Part shown: in pieces, positions 12,001 to 21,200 of the stretch
Layout of the letters: each line of letters begins with the position of its first letter
Numbering within the stretch: the first letter of the stretch is position 1
From: a virus
Virus record (IMG/VR): IMGVR_UViG_3300043449_002675
Coordinates: 27,969 to 91,968 of that record
Length of the DNA stretch: 64,000 bases
Reading direction: 5' to 3' (one strand)
Program-made: the position numbers and the translations under genes
The notes under the pieces: model-generated
Databases searched by the model: none
Seen by the model: only the letters and a program-made list of their open reading frames with translations
What the model was told of the DNA's origin: nothing

Positions 12001-12384
12001 AGCTACAGAATTGGTGTGGACTTTACAACAAACCCGCCGTTATTGATTGATATATTTGGATATTTTATATTTGCTGGTACTCCTGATACCAATGTTGCTG
12101 GAGAAACTTTTACATTTGAACTAAATAAATTTAATCTTATAGAGGAGCCGGGCATAGTGCCTATTATGAATGGTCAAACACTCTATTATGTAAACAGAGC
12201 TGGGCAATCTGTGTGGGATTCACAAACTACTGGGGCTGGTGGATTTATGATGGCTATGAACAAAATGTCGAGTGAAAATCAATCAGCCGGTCATCCTAGC
12301 GATGTAATAATGGCGCAGGAAGGCATTTCATTTGTTGTGCAGACAAAAGATGGCGAAGTCAAACAAAGCGGAGAAATAAAATGA
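9067..12384 (+). CDS. Large baseplate wedge protein (gp7 / P2 gpI-like domain)
   Basis: ILDANVTPEPYLPLLAQMF...FKKKGT gpI-like segment; follows the gp6-like gene. Confidence 0.6.
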   Translation: MPLKPYNQNPKTSDNILFDLYTPMSNGCFTQQPSTFDSIKIFFIARSPVLNNEFENQQITYKEDLQRAVYEVTEQYCTETDELRKQRLALLQQSLETDLATNALTPTTGTNVEPGANTNTTYYYEAQMVFCAGVACDNGAGPLWIQGEDNSTSIVQRVATDKELGNGHFAFIWEPGPIKEGDYYICYGYTMQTSAYLYKSEAKFLHFYIGAAIQNEVAIPTHAVPPEKYFTLLNAYLPRMYFEKYAVNDDSMLTLEALNKSVGKAFTDLDNQVSRIIDILDANVTPEPYLPLLAQMFALKLRSLDITRWRGQIITAVPQFKKKGTLESLTQALDQAGMQLLQYKQYWQIAWPQVYTQTLKFENDYEFILDKYTDNTLFYEFASLYELQLAHVGTTVWTSTNIAAISFSQNTKGETVLTWDPTITQLKGGDQILITYVTETMTGTQVDLYQYWKDFFVRQDIRVQNPDGYFLITPEMQPANWNMRLMPKDDPLFSVFIPIMNPFYDPVIFGMLRTDFPYSENVYNMEEYNGSLRPTTDPANMAADYLEGCSGTLSADYGLAVKIQNLSDFRISECLGIIREYTPYHAILRTLEVVGQIQDFMLPPVETIEWLIQITFNDFLIAGDAQYAFNRKSILYNYTPEVYTYTDGHGKLAFYRTDFATENTTPAAQGTLTVYNKSMVLQAQSNIRNLNSYNVTKNSCYLEILDGNYAGAYTNIIESINDFSLTIEGPAAAAFAGMAPITQNYTFGWRFSNILDNGPYTISNAYQFTISDSSINYSDYNIKTVALDGTGCYQVKIGAAYYNILLINNNSLYLENQSGSPLPATDSTGLNYEVYNPSGMQLIFESTTGDFKVCKLAKVTSTAGTPFSMTNMCIVVPNPEIYFSPDAGTNFYKFYSIDVNDPNSFYILDYTIGLTPSSVTGTVYNRLFETMGSFNFVGMVASYGSWPLFADPDVAVLQNSNFPSQYILTLDPAGANPYSYRIGVDFTTNPPLLIDIFGYFIFAGTPDTNVAGETFTFELNKFNLIEEPGIVPIMNGQTLYYVNRAGQSVWDSQTTGAGGFMMAMNKMSSENQSAGHPSDVIMAQEGISFVVQTKDGEVKQSGEIK

Positions 12385-12899
12385 TTTCAGAAAGTCAAGT
12401 AAAAACTGTTGGGCATGTTTTTTGTGATATTGAGTACAAAAACGGCAAAAAGATTGAGATGAATTTTGCTAATACCGTTTTGATTGGCGGCAGAGAAGCA
12501 TTGGCACAGGTATTAACTAATACTTTAGGCACCTGTCCAAGTGTCAACACTAGTACTTCTACAGATCTTGTGCCAAGTTTATACATAAGCAATATGCTTT
12601 TCGGCAATAATGGAGTTGAAACAATAAGCAATACTCCCAAGGTAGTGAGTCCGGCTAGAACTTCTTTATTTGGCACGCCTGTAATTATCAAGCCAGTAAA
12701 TAGCTACACCAATCAGACAATAACTACTCAGGCTATTTTCACTACAACCCTGCTATTTGGCGATGCAGTTGGCATTTATTTGAGTGAAATGGCTTTGCAA
12801 CTAAGCAATGGTGTGTTGTATAGCATGGTAACTTTCCCGCCTATTTATAAATCTGCCGAAACACAGATTACGTTTAATTGGACGTTGAATTTTGTTTAA
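12381..12899 (+). CDS. Baseplate / tail-fibre attachment-like protein
   Basis: NTVLIGGREALA...EMAL...FPPIYKS....ITFNWTL resembles fibre N-terminal attachment domains; synteny. Confidence 0.5.
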   Translation: MISESQVKTVGHVFCDIEYKNGKKIEMNFANTVLIGGREALAQVLTNTLGTCPSVNTSTSTDLVPSLYISNMLFGNNGVETISNTPKVVSPARTSLFGTPVIIKPVNSYTNQTITTQAIFTTTLLFGDAVGIYLSEMALQLSNGVLYSMVTFPPIYKSAETQITFNWTLNFV

Positions 12900-12925
12900 A
12901 AATATTTGAGGAACATAAATAAGGT

Positions 12926-13750
12926 ATGCCAGATTTACCATCCAATGTGCCTGTATACACAGCAGATCAGCCATATTACTACAAGTTTGATAACTTGCCC
13001 ATAGACTCTTTGATTCAAAGAGACAATATCATAAACGCACAGGTAGATGCTAATACTGCAATTTTAGAAGAAGCAGCAGGTACGGCAGGTACATTGCCAG
13101 TAAGACTAAGTCAGTGCATGGATCCTTTGGGCAACCTTACTGCTTTGGGTGTAAATAATGCAGAACACAACATTGGTTACCACGTAGATGGCGCTGGCCC
13201 AGATTCAGTTGAATATGTAAGGATGACTTTAGACGAGCGCACCAAATTGGAAACAGTTGCGGCAGATGCAACCAGCTTTTATATAAAAGTAACTCCTGAA
13301 AATACTGGTGGTTCTCCATCTAATAACCCAGTTCCTTTCGAGCAAGGATTTGTTACATTTGAGCCAAGCGACACAGTTACTTGGAGCATAAATAATGGTC
13401 AGAAGATCACGGCAAACGTAGTGGCTTTACCTGATAGTGAAGTTAGATTTAGCAATGTTGTTCCTGAAAATGCGTACTTAACTCCTGATTACAAAAATTA
13501 CCTTACTGGTATTGGTGCGCCATTTTTATCCGGAAGTCTTTCAGTTTACATCAATGGCATTCGTATTTTTGAAACAAAAACAGTTTATGCAACATCGATG
13601 TCTGGAGTTGGCGTAGTGGCAAATCCAAATCTCAAGTGGGTTCCCAGAAGCTTCGTGCCAACAATCAATAAATTGGGTTTTTCCTTAAATTCCGGACTGT
13701 GCAGCGATGATGTAGTAATGATTGATTTTGCAGTCAGCACAAACGCTTGA
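12926..13750 (+). CDS. Putative virion structural protein
   Basis: In tail operon; GSLSVYINGIR motif; CATAAATA just upstream. Confidence 0.45.
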   Translation: MPDLPSNVPVYTADQPYYYKFDNLPIDSLIQRDNIINAQVDANTAILEEAAGTAGTLPVRLSQCMDPLGNLTALGVNNAEHNIGYHVDGAGPDSVEYVRMTLDERTKLETVAADATSFYIKVTPENTGGSPSNNPVPFEQGFVTFEPSDTVTWSINNGQKITANVVALPDSEVRFSNVVPENAYLTPDYKNYLTGIGAPFLSGSLSVYINGIRIFETKTVYATSMSGVGVVANPNLKWVPRSFVPTINKLGFSLNSGLCSDDVVMIDFAVSTNA

Positions 13751-13798
13751 AATTCTTTTTAAAATATGTTCTAATTGTTAGTCTCAAGGAGGCTTTCA

Positions 13799-14323
13799 AT
13801 GATTTATTTTGAAAAAGATTTAAATTTGACCATCGGAATTCTAGCAGCAAACAAAACATTTGAGCAAATACGAGCAACTTATGAATCTCTTGGTGTACTT
13901 AAGTACCCAGTTCAGAGACTTGTAAATGTGCCAGAAGATTATGATATAACCGAACTTAAAAACAGAAAATATAATTTTATTCAAAAGGGCAAAACGCTAA
14001 CAAGCCTAATAGATGGTTTGTGCAAAGAGGCCAAGACAGAATGGATTTATTTTGCATTCGCAGGAAGAAAAGTGCAAAAAAACATTGATAGCAAATATTC
14101 AATTTATGCAAGCGATTATAAGAATGTGATATTTCCTGTAGTAAGGAGGGTGTGGAATTTTGTTGACGGGTCTATGGACGGTCTTTTGATAAACAAAAAG
14201 TTCCATGAAGAGGTTGGCGAATTTGGTGATGGGGATGATTTGGAAATTACTAAGTTAATGTGGGCCGGAAAAGCCGTCGAAAAGGGCGCAAAATTTAAAG
14301 CTATAATAGGAGCAGCATACTGA
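13799..14323 (+). CDS. Hypothetical protein, possibly a degenerate GT-A (glycosyltransferase family 2)-like fold
   Basis: LTIGIL...LTSLIDGLCKEAKTEWIYF...GLLINKKFHEEVGEF; no clear DxD motif. Confidence 0.35.
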   Translation: MIYFEKDLNLTIGILAANKTFEQIRATYESLGVLKYPVQRLVNVPEDYDITELKNRKYNFIQKGKTLTSLIDGLCKEAKTEWIYFAFAGRKVQKNIDSKYSIYASDYKNVIFPVVRRVWNFVDGSMDGLLINKKFHEEVGEFGDGDDLEITKLMWAGKAVEKGAKFKAIIGAAY

Positions 14324-14967
14324 TGGAAATACTCGAAAAAGCAGCAAAAATACTCGAAGAATGCTATCTTCCATCTTGCCACTCTAATTTCCAAATTAAA
14401 AACTTTATTATTGGCAAAGAGAGCAGCAGGATAGGTAAAATTTGGCAGGCTGTTAGGGAAATACAGACGAGAAGGGAATCACTTGCTAATTTAGCAAATG
14501 ATCTAGAAGAAATAAAAGATAACATAGAACTTGCCAAACTAGATGTTCAAGAAGAAAGTTTTGTAGAAGCCAGCGACCAAGATCCTGCAAAAGAGAGTAT
14601 TTTACAGGCAAGGAAAGAAATAAATATACGCAAAAAAGAACGAGCGCTTAAGAAACTATACGTTGCTCAGAATGGATTATTGACCCAGCAGAATAATATG
14701 CTGAATGAATTATCGGTGTTTTTGGAAGTTTTTGACAAACTTGGCGGTATAGAAGCCTTCAAAAACTACAATGAAGAAGATGCTCAGGTTGAATATTGGA
14801 AGGGAAAATTCGAAAGGGAATTTATACTTTCTAGCATTCTACAGCAACCAATGAGTCCAGAATTCATAAAAAGTTGTCTTGCTTTAGCTGAAAACGCCAA
14901 AATGAGCGAAAATATTGGAGCTACGCTCGATATTATTAATAAAAAACTGTTAAATCAAAATAACTAA
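14323..14967 (+). CDS. Coiled-coil hypothetical protein
   Basis: Heptad-rich ORF, translationally coupled to the upstream gene. Confidence 0.55.
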   Translation: MEILEKAAKILEECYLPSCHSNFQIKNFIIGKESSRIGKIWQAVREIQTRRESLANLANDLEEIKDNIELAKLDVQEESFVEASDQDPAKESILQARKEINIRKKERALKKLYVAQNGLLTQQNNMLNELSVFLEVFDKLGGIEAFKNYNEEDAQVEYWKGKFEREFILSSILQQPMSPEFIKSCLALAENAKMSENIGATLDIINKKLLNQNN

Positions 14968-14972
14968 TATAT

Positions 14973-16034
14973 ATGCCAGTAGATAAGTTAGCATCAAATG
15001 ATTCAGGATATGAAGTAGGCGATCTGTCACTTTATCCCACAGCTATTGATTCATACTTTAATTTGTATGAAGCACAAAACAATAGCACAACAATACTTAA
15101 GTCTAGTTTGTCAGTTACTGGTGATGTATTGGTGGTAGAAAGTACCGATTCTTTTCCCAGTCAAGGCATTCTTAGGCTTTCTCTGCCAAATAAAAAAGGC
15201 TTGTCTGTAGAATACATTTATTATGCGCATAAAACAAATAACACTTTCTATAATCTAAAAAGGGGATTTTTGGGAAATGAACGCAATCTTATTAGCAAAG
15301 TAAATAACTGGCCCACAAACACGGTGGTAGAGTCTGGAGTTTTTGCAGAGCATCATAATGCTGTAAGAGATGCTGTTTTAAATACGGAAAACTTTGTTGG
15401 ACTAAGAAACCCTTACAGTACAGAAACAAACAGTTTTGTAACTACAACAGTAAATGGTTTGTTGACAGATTTAGAGTACAGGTATTTAGCACCTAACGCA
15501 GTTTTCAGAGCTTTTCCTTTATATGGACCGCCGCCTTTAACAGTAAATTTTCATTGTTTTACAAACAGAATAGTTAATAGATTTTTCTGGGATTTTGGTG
15601 ATGGCGGTGTTTCTATCCAAAAAAATCCTTCGCACACATACCTTAAGACGGGTATTTTCCCTGTGCAGCTTAGGGTTATATCTGACGTGGGCGGACAAGG
15701 TGTCACTACTAAAATGGGATATATTAATGTCAGCAACCAGTATGTAGTGCCGTTCGGATATGTTATGCCCAATGTTGGCATAAGTATTCAAACAGCCACT
15801 GAAACGTCTACAACTCCAACAACATTTACATTTTATGATCAGACAGACGGACCAATCATCAACAGACTATGGCAATTTGGAGACGGACAAAATAGCTTTC
15901 AAGAAAATCCTAATATTCACGTTGTAACACATCAATATCAAAGACCGGGAATCTATAAACCTTCTGTTTTGATTACAATCGAGGATAATATTACAACAAG
16001 AGCAATTTTTGAAGAAACAGTAGAGGTATCATAA
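14973..16034 (+). CDS. PKD-domain virion protein (paralogue 1)
   Basis: Two PKD motifs (WDFGDG, WQFGDG); N-terminal domain ending in AEHHN. Confidence 0.8.
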   Translation: MPVDKLASNDSGYEVGDLSLYPTAIDSYFNLYEAQNNSTTILKSSLSVTGDVLVVESTDSFPSQGILRLSLPNKKGLSVEYIYYAHKTNNTFYNLKRGFLGNERNLISKVNNWPTNTVVESGVFAEHHNAVRDAVLNTENFVGLRNPYSTETNSFVTTTVNGLLTDLEYRYLAPNAVFRAFPLYGPPPLTVNFHCFTNRIVNRFFWDFGDGGVSIQKNPSHTYLKTGIFPVQLRVISDVGGQGVTTKMGYINVSNQYVVPFGYVMPNVGISIQTATETSTTPTTFTFYDQTDGPIINRLWQFGDGQNSFQENPNIHVVTHQYQRPGIYKPSVLITIEDNITTRAIFEETVEVS

Positions 16035-18250
16035 TGTCGATACCATCAGTAGTGTATCCAGATCAATACGACACAACTACAACATTGTATAATGCTGTTG
16101 ATGCATTGGTTATAACTTTGGCCAAGGATTATAATCCAAATGATACCACAATATTTGTGACTGTAAATCCTTATATCATGTCTAGATTTCCGGAAACTGG
16201 CATAATAACATTGACCGAAAACTGCAGCGATCCTGCTTTACGTGCAGTATCATTTTATTATGGCACTAAAAACAATGAAGGGTTTTTCTTCACTGATTTG
16301 ACAATTTTGCCAGAAACCCCTGATTCTTATAAGCCAAAAGTTTCCACCACAGTATCCCTGAGCGTAACAGCACAACATCACAACAATATAAAAGATGCTA
16401 TAATATCAACCGAAGAATTTATTGGACTTGAAAGTGATATTTCTTATATTCCATTTGAAGGTTCTATTGCGGCTAGAACTAAGTTTTTGTTTGAATCAGT
16501 TTTTACTCCGAGAGCGTGGTTTGTAGCAGACAAAAGAATAGGAAGAGCACCATTGTTTGCGGTTGTATTTACTAGTTCCAGCTTGTATTTGGGAGAGCAA
16601 ATAAACGGCAATACCGTAACTTACGAATGGGATTTTGGCGATGGGGGCACATTTACTAGTACCAATAAAACCGTAGAACACACTTATATGTTGCCGGGTA
16701 TTTATACGGTTTCTTTAACTGTTACAAACATGTTTGGCGCAGATACAGTAACATTTGCTAATTATATTGACGCACTTTGGTTGGCTCCGGAGACAGCCGA
16801 AATTGAATTTTTAGTAGAGGCTGGGCAAAAAGATTTTGATTCTGGCGGAAATGATTTTATAAAAACGCCTACTGGTGTTTATGTTTACATGGGCACTAGT
16901 AATGAAATTGATCCATTAGATCCGACAAGAACTTATAGTGGGGCACATGTAGAAAGCGGCGATGTAATAGATCCCATAAATAATTTCCAGTGGGATTTGG
17001 GTGATACACTTTCTCATGGTAATGATCCTAATACTAAGGCACTTTACACTATCGGTGGAATTTATGAAGTAATACTTCGATGCACCACGGAATCGGGAGC
17101 ATATAGGATTACCACTGATTCTAAAACTATAAACGTAATTGAAAGGCAGAATGCTTGGTTGTTTGTAACCCCCACTACAGATCCGCCTTTAGCAACAGGT
17201 ACCGTATATGCTGGAGAACTTGGCTTTTTAAATGAAACATTTAAACCACTCCAAAACACCGCATACGTTTATATAAGGAATGCAAGCTTCATAACCGATT
17301 CGTCACATCTAGACAAACCCAGAATGTTGCTTGAGTTTGAGAGGAATACCAATATAAATGCGAGAAGCACAGTGCCCTCTGGTTTACAGGGGCAAGCAAT
17401 ATTGTCTTGGGCAAGCGGCAGAAATCTAACAGACTTGCCAAGTACTGAAAAAATAAGCTTTGTGGCCTTTAGTGGTTTTGACGAGGCTTATTCCGCTGTA
17501 AGCTGGGAAATTACCAGATGCTGGAACTGGATTGCATTCAATGGTACTGGCGTTACTTATTACCTATTAGGCAACGCTCAAAGTCAACCACCAAATACAA
17601 GTCCTGTTGATTTAACACTCGTATCAAACAATCTTTTGGCAGGAACTTATCAAACAGATTTAACTTTTTCAGCTGGAAGTTTTGCTGGTGCCTCAAATAC
17701 CCTTTCATACAACGCAGCTCAGTATGACGGTACAGGATATAACGTTTATGGAGCATACAGCGCATACAGATATGCATTCAGAGGAAGAACTGGCTATATT
17801 TTAAAAAACCTAACAGTAGGCAGCAATTTTAAGATCAACTCATTTTACAGCACTACTGAAAGTGGAAATGGAATAATTACCGGCTTCAAGAAATTGCCAG
17901 ATATGGGTGGGCCAGTAAAAACACAAGGTGTCTTGTTAAACCTAACTACAGGACTGTTTTTCTTCAATAATAGCGGAAGCGTTCTGCAATTTGATGTGAC
18001 GGCAAATGTGTGGAAAACTGGCGGTCCCGGTTACAATTCAGTTGCTTATACTAACTTACAAGACACATCTGTTCCAAATTATGATGATGAAAATAATAGT
18101 CTAGTTGGAACAACTGATTTTGGCGACAATGCATTTTTATCTTTTGATTACAGCAATAACGCATTTATGAAGTTTAACGATATTGATTTAACATTTACAA
18201 AGCTAAATAGCAGACCGGAAGGTGAACAATGGATTTTTGGAAGCTACTAG
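16034..18250 (+). CDS. PKD-domain virion protein (paralogue 2)
   Basis: WDFGDG and WDLGD PKD motifs; AQHHN; beta-rich C-terminal region. Confidence 0.8.
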   Translation: MSIPSVVYPDQYDTTTTLYNAVDALVITLAKDYNPNDTTIFVTVNPYIMSRFPETGIITLTENCSDPALRAVSFYYGTKNNEGFFFTDLTILPETPDSYKPKVSTTVSLSVTAQHHNNIKDAIISTEEFIGLESDISYIPFEGSIAARTKFLFESVFTPRAWFVADKRIGRAPLFAVVFTSSSLYLGEQINGNTVTYEWDFGDGGTFTSTNKTVEHTYMLPGIYTVSLTVTNMFGADTVTFANYIDALWLAPETAEIEFLVEAGQKDFDSGGNDFIKTPTGVYVYMGTSNEIDPLDPTRTYSGAHVESGDVIDPINNFQWDLGDTLSHGNDPNTKALYTIGGIYEVILRCTTESGAYRITTDSKTINVIERQNAWLFVTPTTDPPLATGTVYAGELGFLNETFKPLQNTAYVYIRNASFITDSSHLDKPRMLLEFERNTNINARSTVPSGLQGQAILSWASGRNLTDLPSTEKISFVAFSGFDEAYSAVSWEITRCWNWIAFNGTGVTYYLLGNAQSQPPNTSPVDLTLVSNNLLAGTYQTDLTFSAGSFAGASNTLSYNAAQYDGTGYNVYGAYSAYRYAFRGRTGYILKNLTVGSNFKINSFYSTTESGNGIITGFKKLPDMGGPVKTQGVLLNLTTGLFFFNNSGSVLQFDVTANVWKTGGPGYNSVAYTNLQDTSVPNYDDENNSLVGTTDFGDNAFLSFDYSNNAFMKFNDIDLTFTKLNSRPEGEQWIFGSY

Positions 18251-18266
18251 GTAGACAGGGGTAAAT

Positions 18267-21200
18267 TTGGGAACTATACTGCCAAATTCGAATTATCCTA
18301 AGACTTATGATACGGATACAAGTCTGTTTCAGGTGTATAACACCTCGCAAACCGTACTGTCTGCAACTCTAAATTCTTGGCAAACCTCCATAAACATAGT
18401 GCCAGTAGCTGTTGGAGAACCTGAGTTATGGGCTAACTCTGGATACGTGACTATTGAAGGAGAGCTAATATATTACGCCTCTGTTCACTTGGATGTGAAT
18501 GGCAAAGTTGACAAGCTTTTAGAATGCATAAGAAGAACTAATGGTACTGTGCCAAGAAATTACCCCGCTGGCACTCCTGTTCGTGGGTTTGTAATAGCAC
18601 AACACCATAACAATCTTGCACAGAGTATTGTTAATGTTGAAAACTTTGTTGGAACTTTGACTACAACAGATCAAGATACTATTTACTGGAAATTGCAGCA
18701 AATTGCGAACCTGCGTCCATTAACTGACGATTCAGGATGTCCGCAAATTGAATTCTATTACAGGGTCATTAGCACGAGTCCTATTGAAGGAACGGAAATT
18801 TCCTATAGTTTGAATATTATTGGAAATATAAACAATTTTTTGATAGATTTTGGTGATGGCACTACTGAATCAACCACCCAAAACGGTACGCACTTTTATG
18901 CGCCAAATAAACGCATAGATCCAAGTGTTACAGTAACAACTGACGAATGTGATTGCTTGCAAACTAGCGCAGAAAGACTTAGAATAGACGATTTGGCTCA
19001 AAATACAATTGCTGGTCAAACGACTTTTCCAGTTATTGTGCCGCCAATTCCGGACTTCCCGAATTTGGATTTGGCAGTTGTAAATGAAGTGCCAAACAAC
19101 ATACAGTTCCCACCTATAGTTTTCCCTTGTTTGGATATTGGTCCATTCGGGCCAATAGTTGTTCCTAGCACAATTAGTATTGTTAATCCGTATCCAATTC
19201 CAAGTGTGATCACGTTTGAAGACGTGCCTGTATTCCCAAGTCAGATAGTAATTACAAGTTCTGTGGTTATACCCACAAGAATAAGCATAATTGGCAATTT
19301 GCCTAGTACACTTAGTGTTATTGGCAACATACCAAGCACAATCAGCGTTGTTGGAATTCCTTCAACTATAAATGTAGTTGCGCCAAGTAATTTAAATATA
19401 GGCATAAGTGTAATTAATACCGTCCCATGTACAATTTCAGTAATTGGCAATATACCAAGTGTTATAGCCATAGATGATTTATCTGCTTCGCTTGACGTAT
19501 TTCTAAATGGCGACTATTGCACAAATTGTACTGGTAGTACCGGTTGTTCGAATAATGGACAAACTATACAGGCTATTACAGATATAGGTTGCGACCCTTG
19601 TGCTGGCGCAAATCCAAAAATTACAAGGGTCACGGTAGTATTACATGACTTTATAGTTACTACCTTGGATCCTGCCAATCCAGAATCTACAAGATACGAT
19701 TTAGTAAAAGTCTTGATTGTTGCACCTGATGGCACAAATTGTTTGGTTATGGGAGGTGCTCAAACTGGAGCAACAACCTTCCCAGACTACACAATGAATG
19801 AACCAGTGACCCTTACATTCGCTGACGGTTCTAACAATAACATTTACGATTTTACCAAGCCCTTAGAAACAAAAACTTATGCTCCAAATGCAAATGGGAA
19901 TAATGCTTCTTACACCGCTGGTCAAGTAAATTTAGGTCTTCCAGCTCCTCCGCCTACTGGGGCTACTGGGTATGGGACAAATTTGGCAGTATTTACTGAT
20001 TCCAAGTTGCAGAAGGGTCCTTGGTATGCCTACATTTCCGCAGGTCCGAGAGGCGGGGCATATACAAATATAGTAAACGTTGGGAAAGTTTGTGCTAGAG
20101 TAACTTCGGCTCAGGAATCTCCTTGTGATTTCCCATCCCCAACGCCGACATCTACTGCAAGAGTCACACAAACTCCAGTTGCAACTCCGAGGAAAACACC
20201 ATTACCGACACCTCTTCCTTCTCAAAGTCCGGCTCCTACTGCTACGCCAAGACCAAGTCCTTCAGCAACTCCATTTCTACCATTTGATTTGCCAACGCCG
20301 GGACCCAACGTTACACCAATAATTCCCCCCAGACCTCAACCACAACCCACACCACCTCCCAGACCCTCAGGCACTCCCGGACCAACTCCCGCTCCTTCTG
20401 CAACCTTTACATGTGGCACATGTACTTATGTTCCACAATTAGAGGATTGTGGTTCTGGTGTTTGCACTTATTATTGGGATGGAAGCAGCTGGGGCAGATG
20501 CGGAGAATGCACTTCTTGCGGTAGTGCGGGAGAGAACTGCGGATGTCAAGAAGCAAGAATAATGCGTGCATTTAACATTCTGCCGCCTGACGGAGAAGAT
20601 AACCCTGACGTAAACACGAATTGTTACAAGGTAGTTTGGACTGATCAGTCATTGACTGATTGCAATGGTGGTTTTTGTACTTATAGTTTCAATATGACCA
20701 CCAAACAATGGGATTATTTCCCAGAAGATTCTTTTTGTAGTGGTACCGGTGACAATGCCTGCAAGTGCCAAGATGCCAACAAGATTTTGGTGCCAGCCGG
20801 AATACTTCCACCAAATCCCGGCACAAATGAAACAAAACACACAAATTGTTACAAAGTTGTTAATTCGTTAAATAACTGCACAGCGGGTAGTTGTGAGTGT
20901 CCGCCTGCTCCTACTTCTCAGTTCATAACAGGCTCCACACAACAGTTGAAATTAAATTGTGTACCAGAATGCGGACGTTGTTATAATTACTGGTCTGTAA
21001 ACAAAGGCGCTCCATGTGATCCTGATCCTGCAGATTATGGTTGCAGCTACGAGTATATTGATGACGGATGGGAACGCATAAACAATTTTTGTCCTTGCGA
21101 GAATTTTGAATGTTTGGATGCCGATATAGCTGTATCTGAAGGGCTATTGACACCAGTAGGGGAGCAGGGAGAAATCGTAAGATTATCTTGTTATCAAGCA

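Noticed and set aside
2207-12899. Bacterial contractile injection system (eCIS/T6SS) rather than phage
   Set aside because: Terminase, portal, prohead protease, scaffold and gp23 capsid are present in the same window
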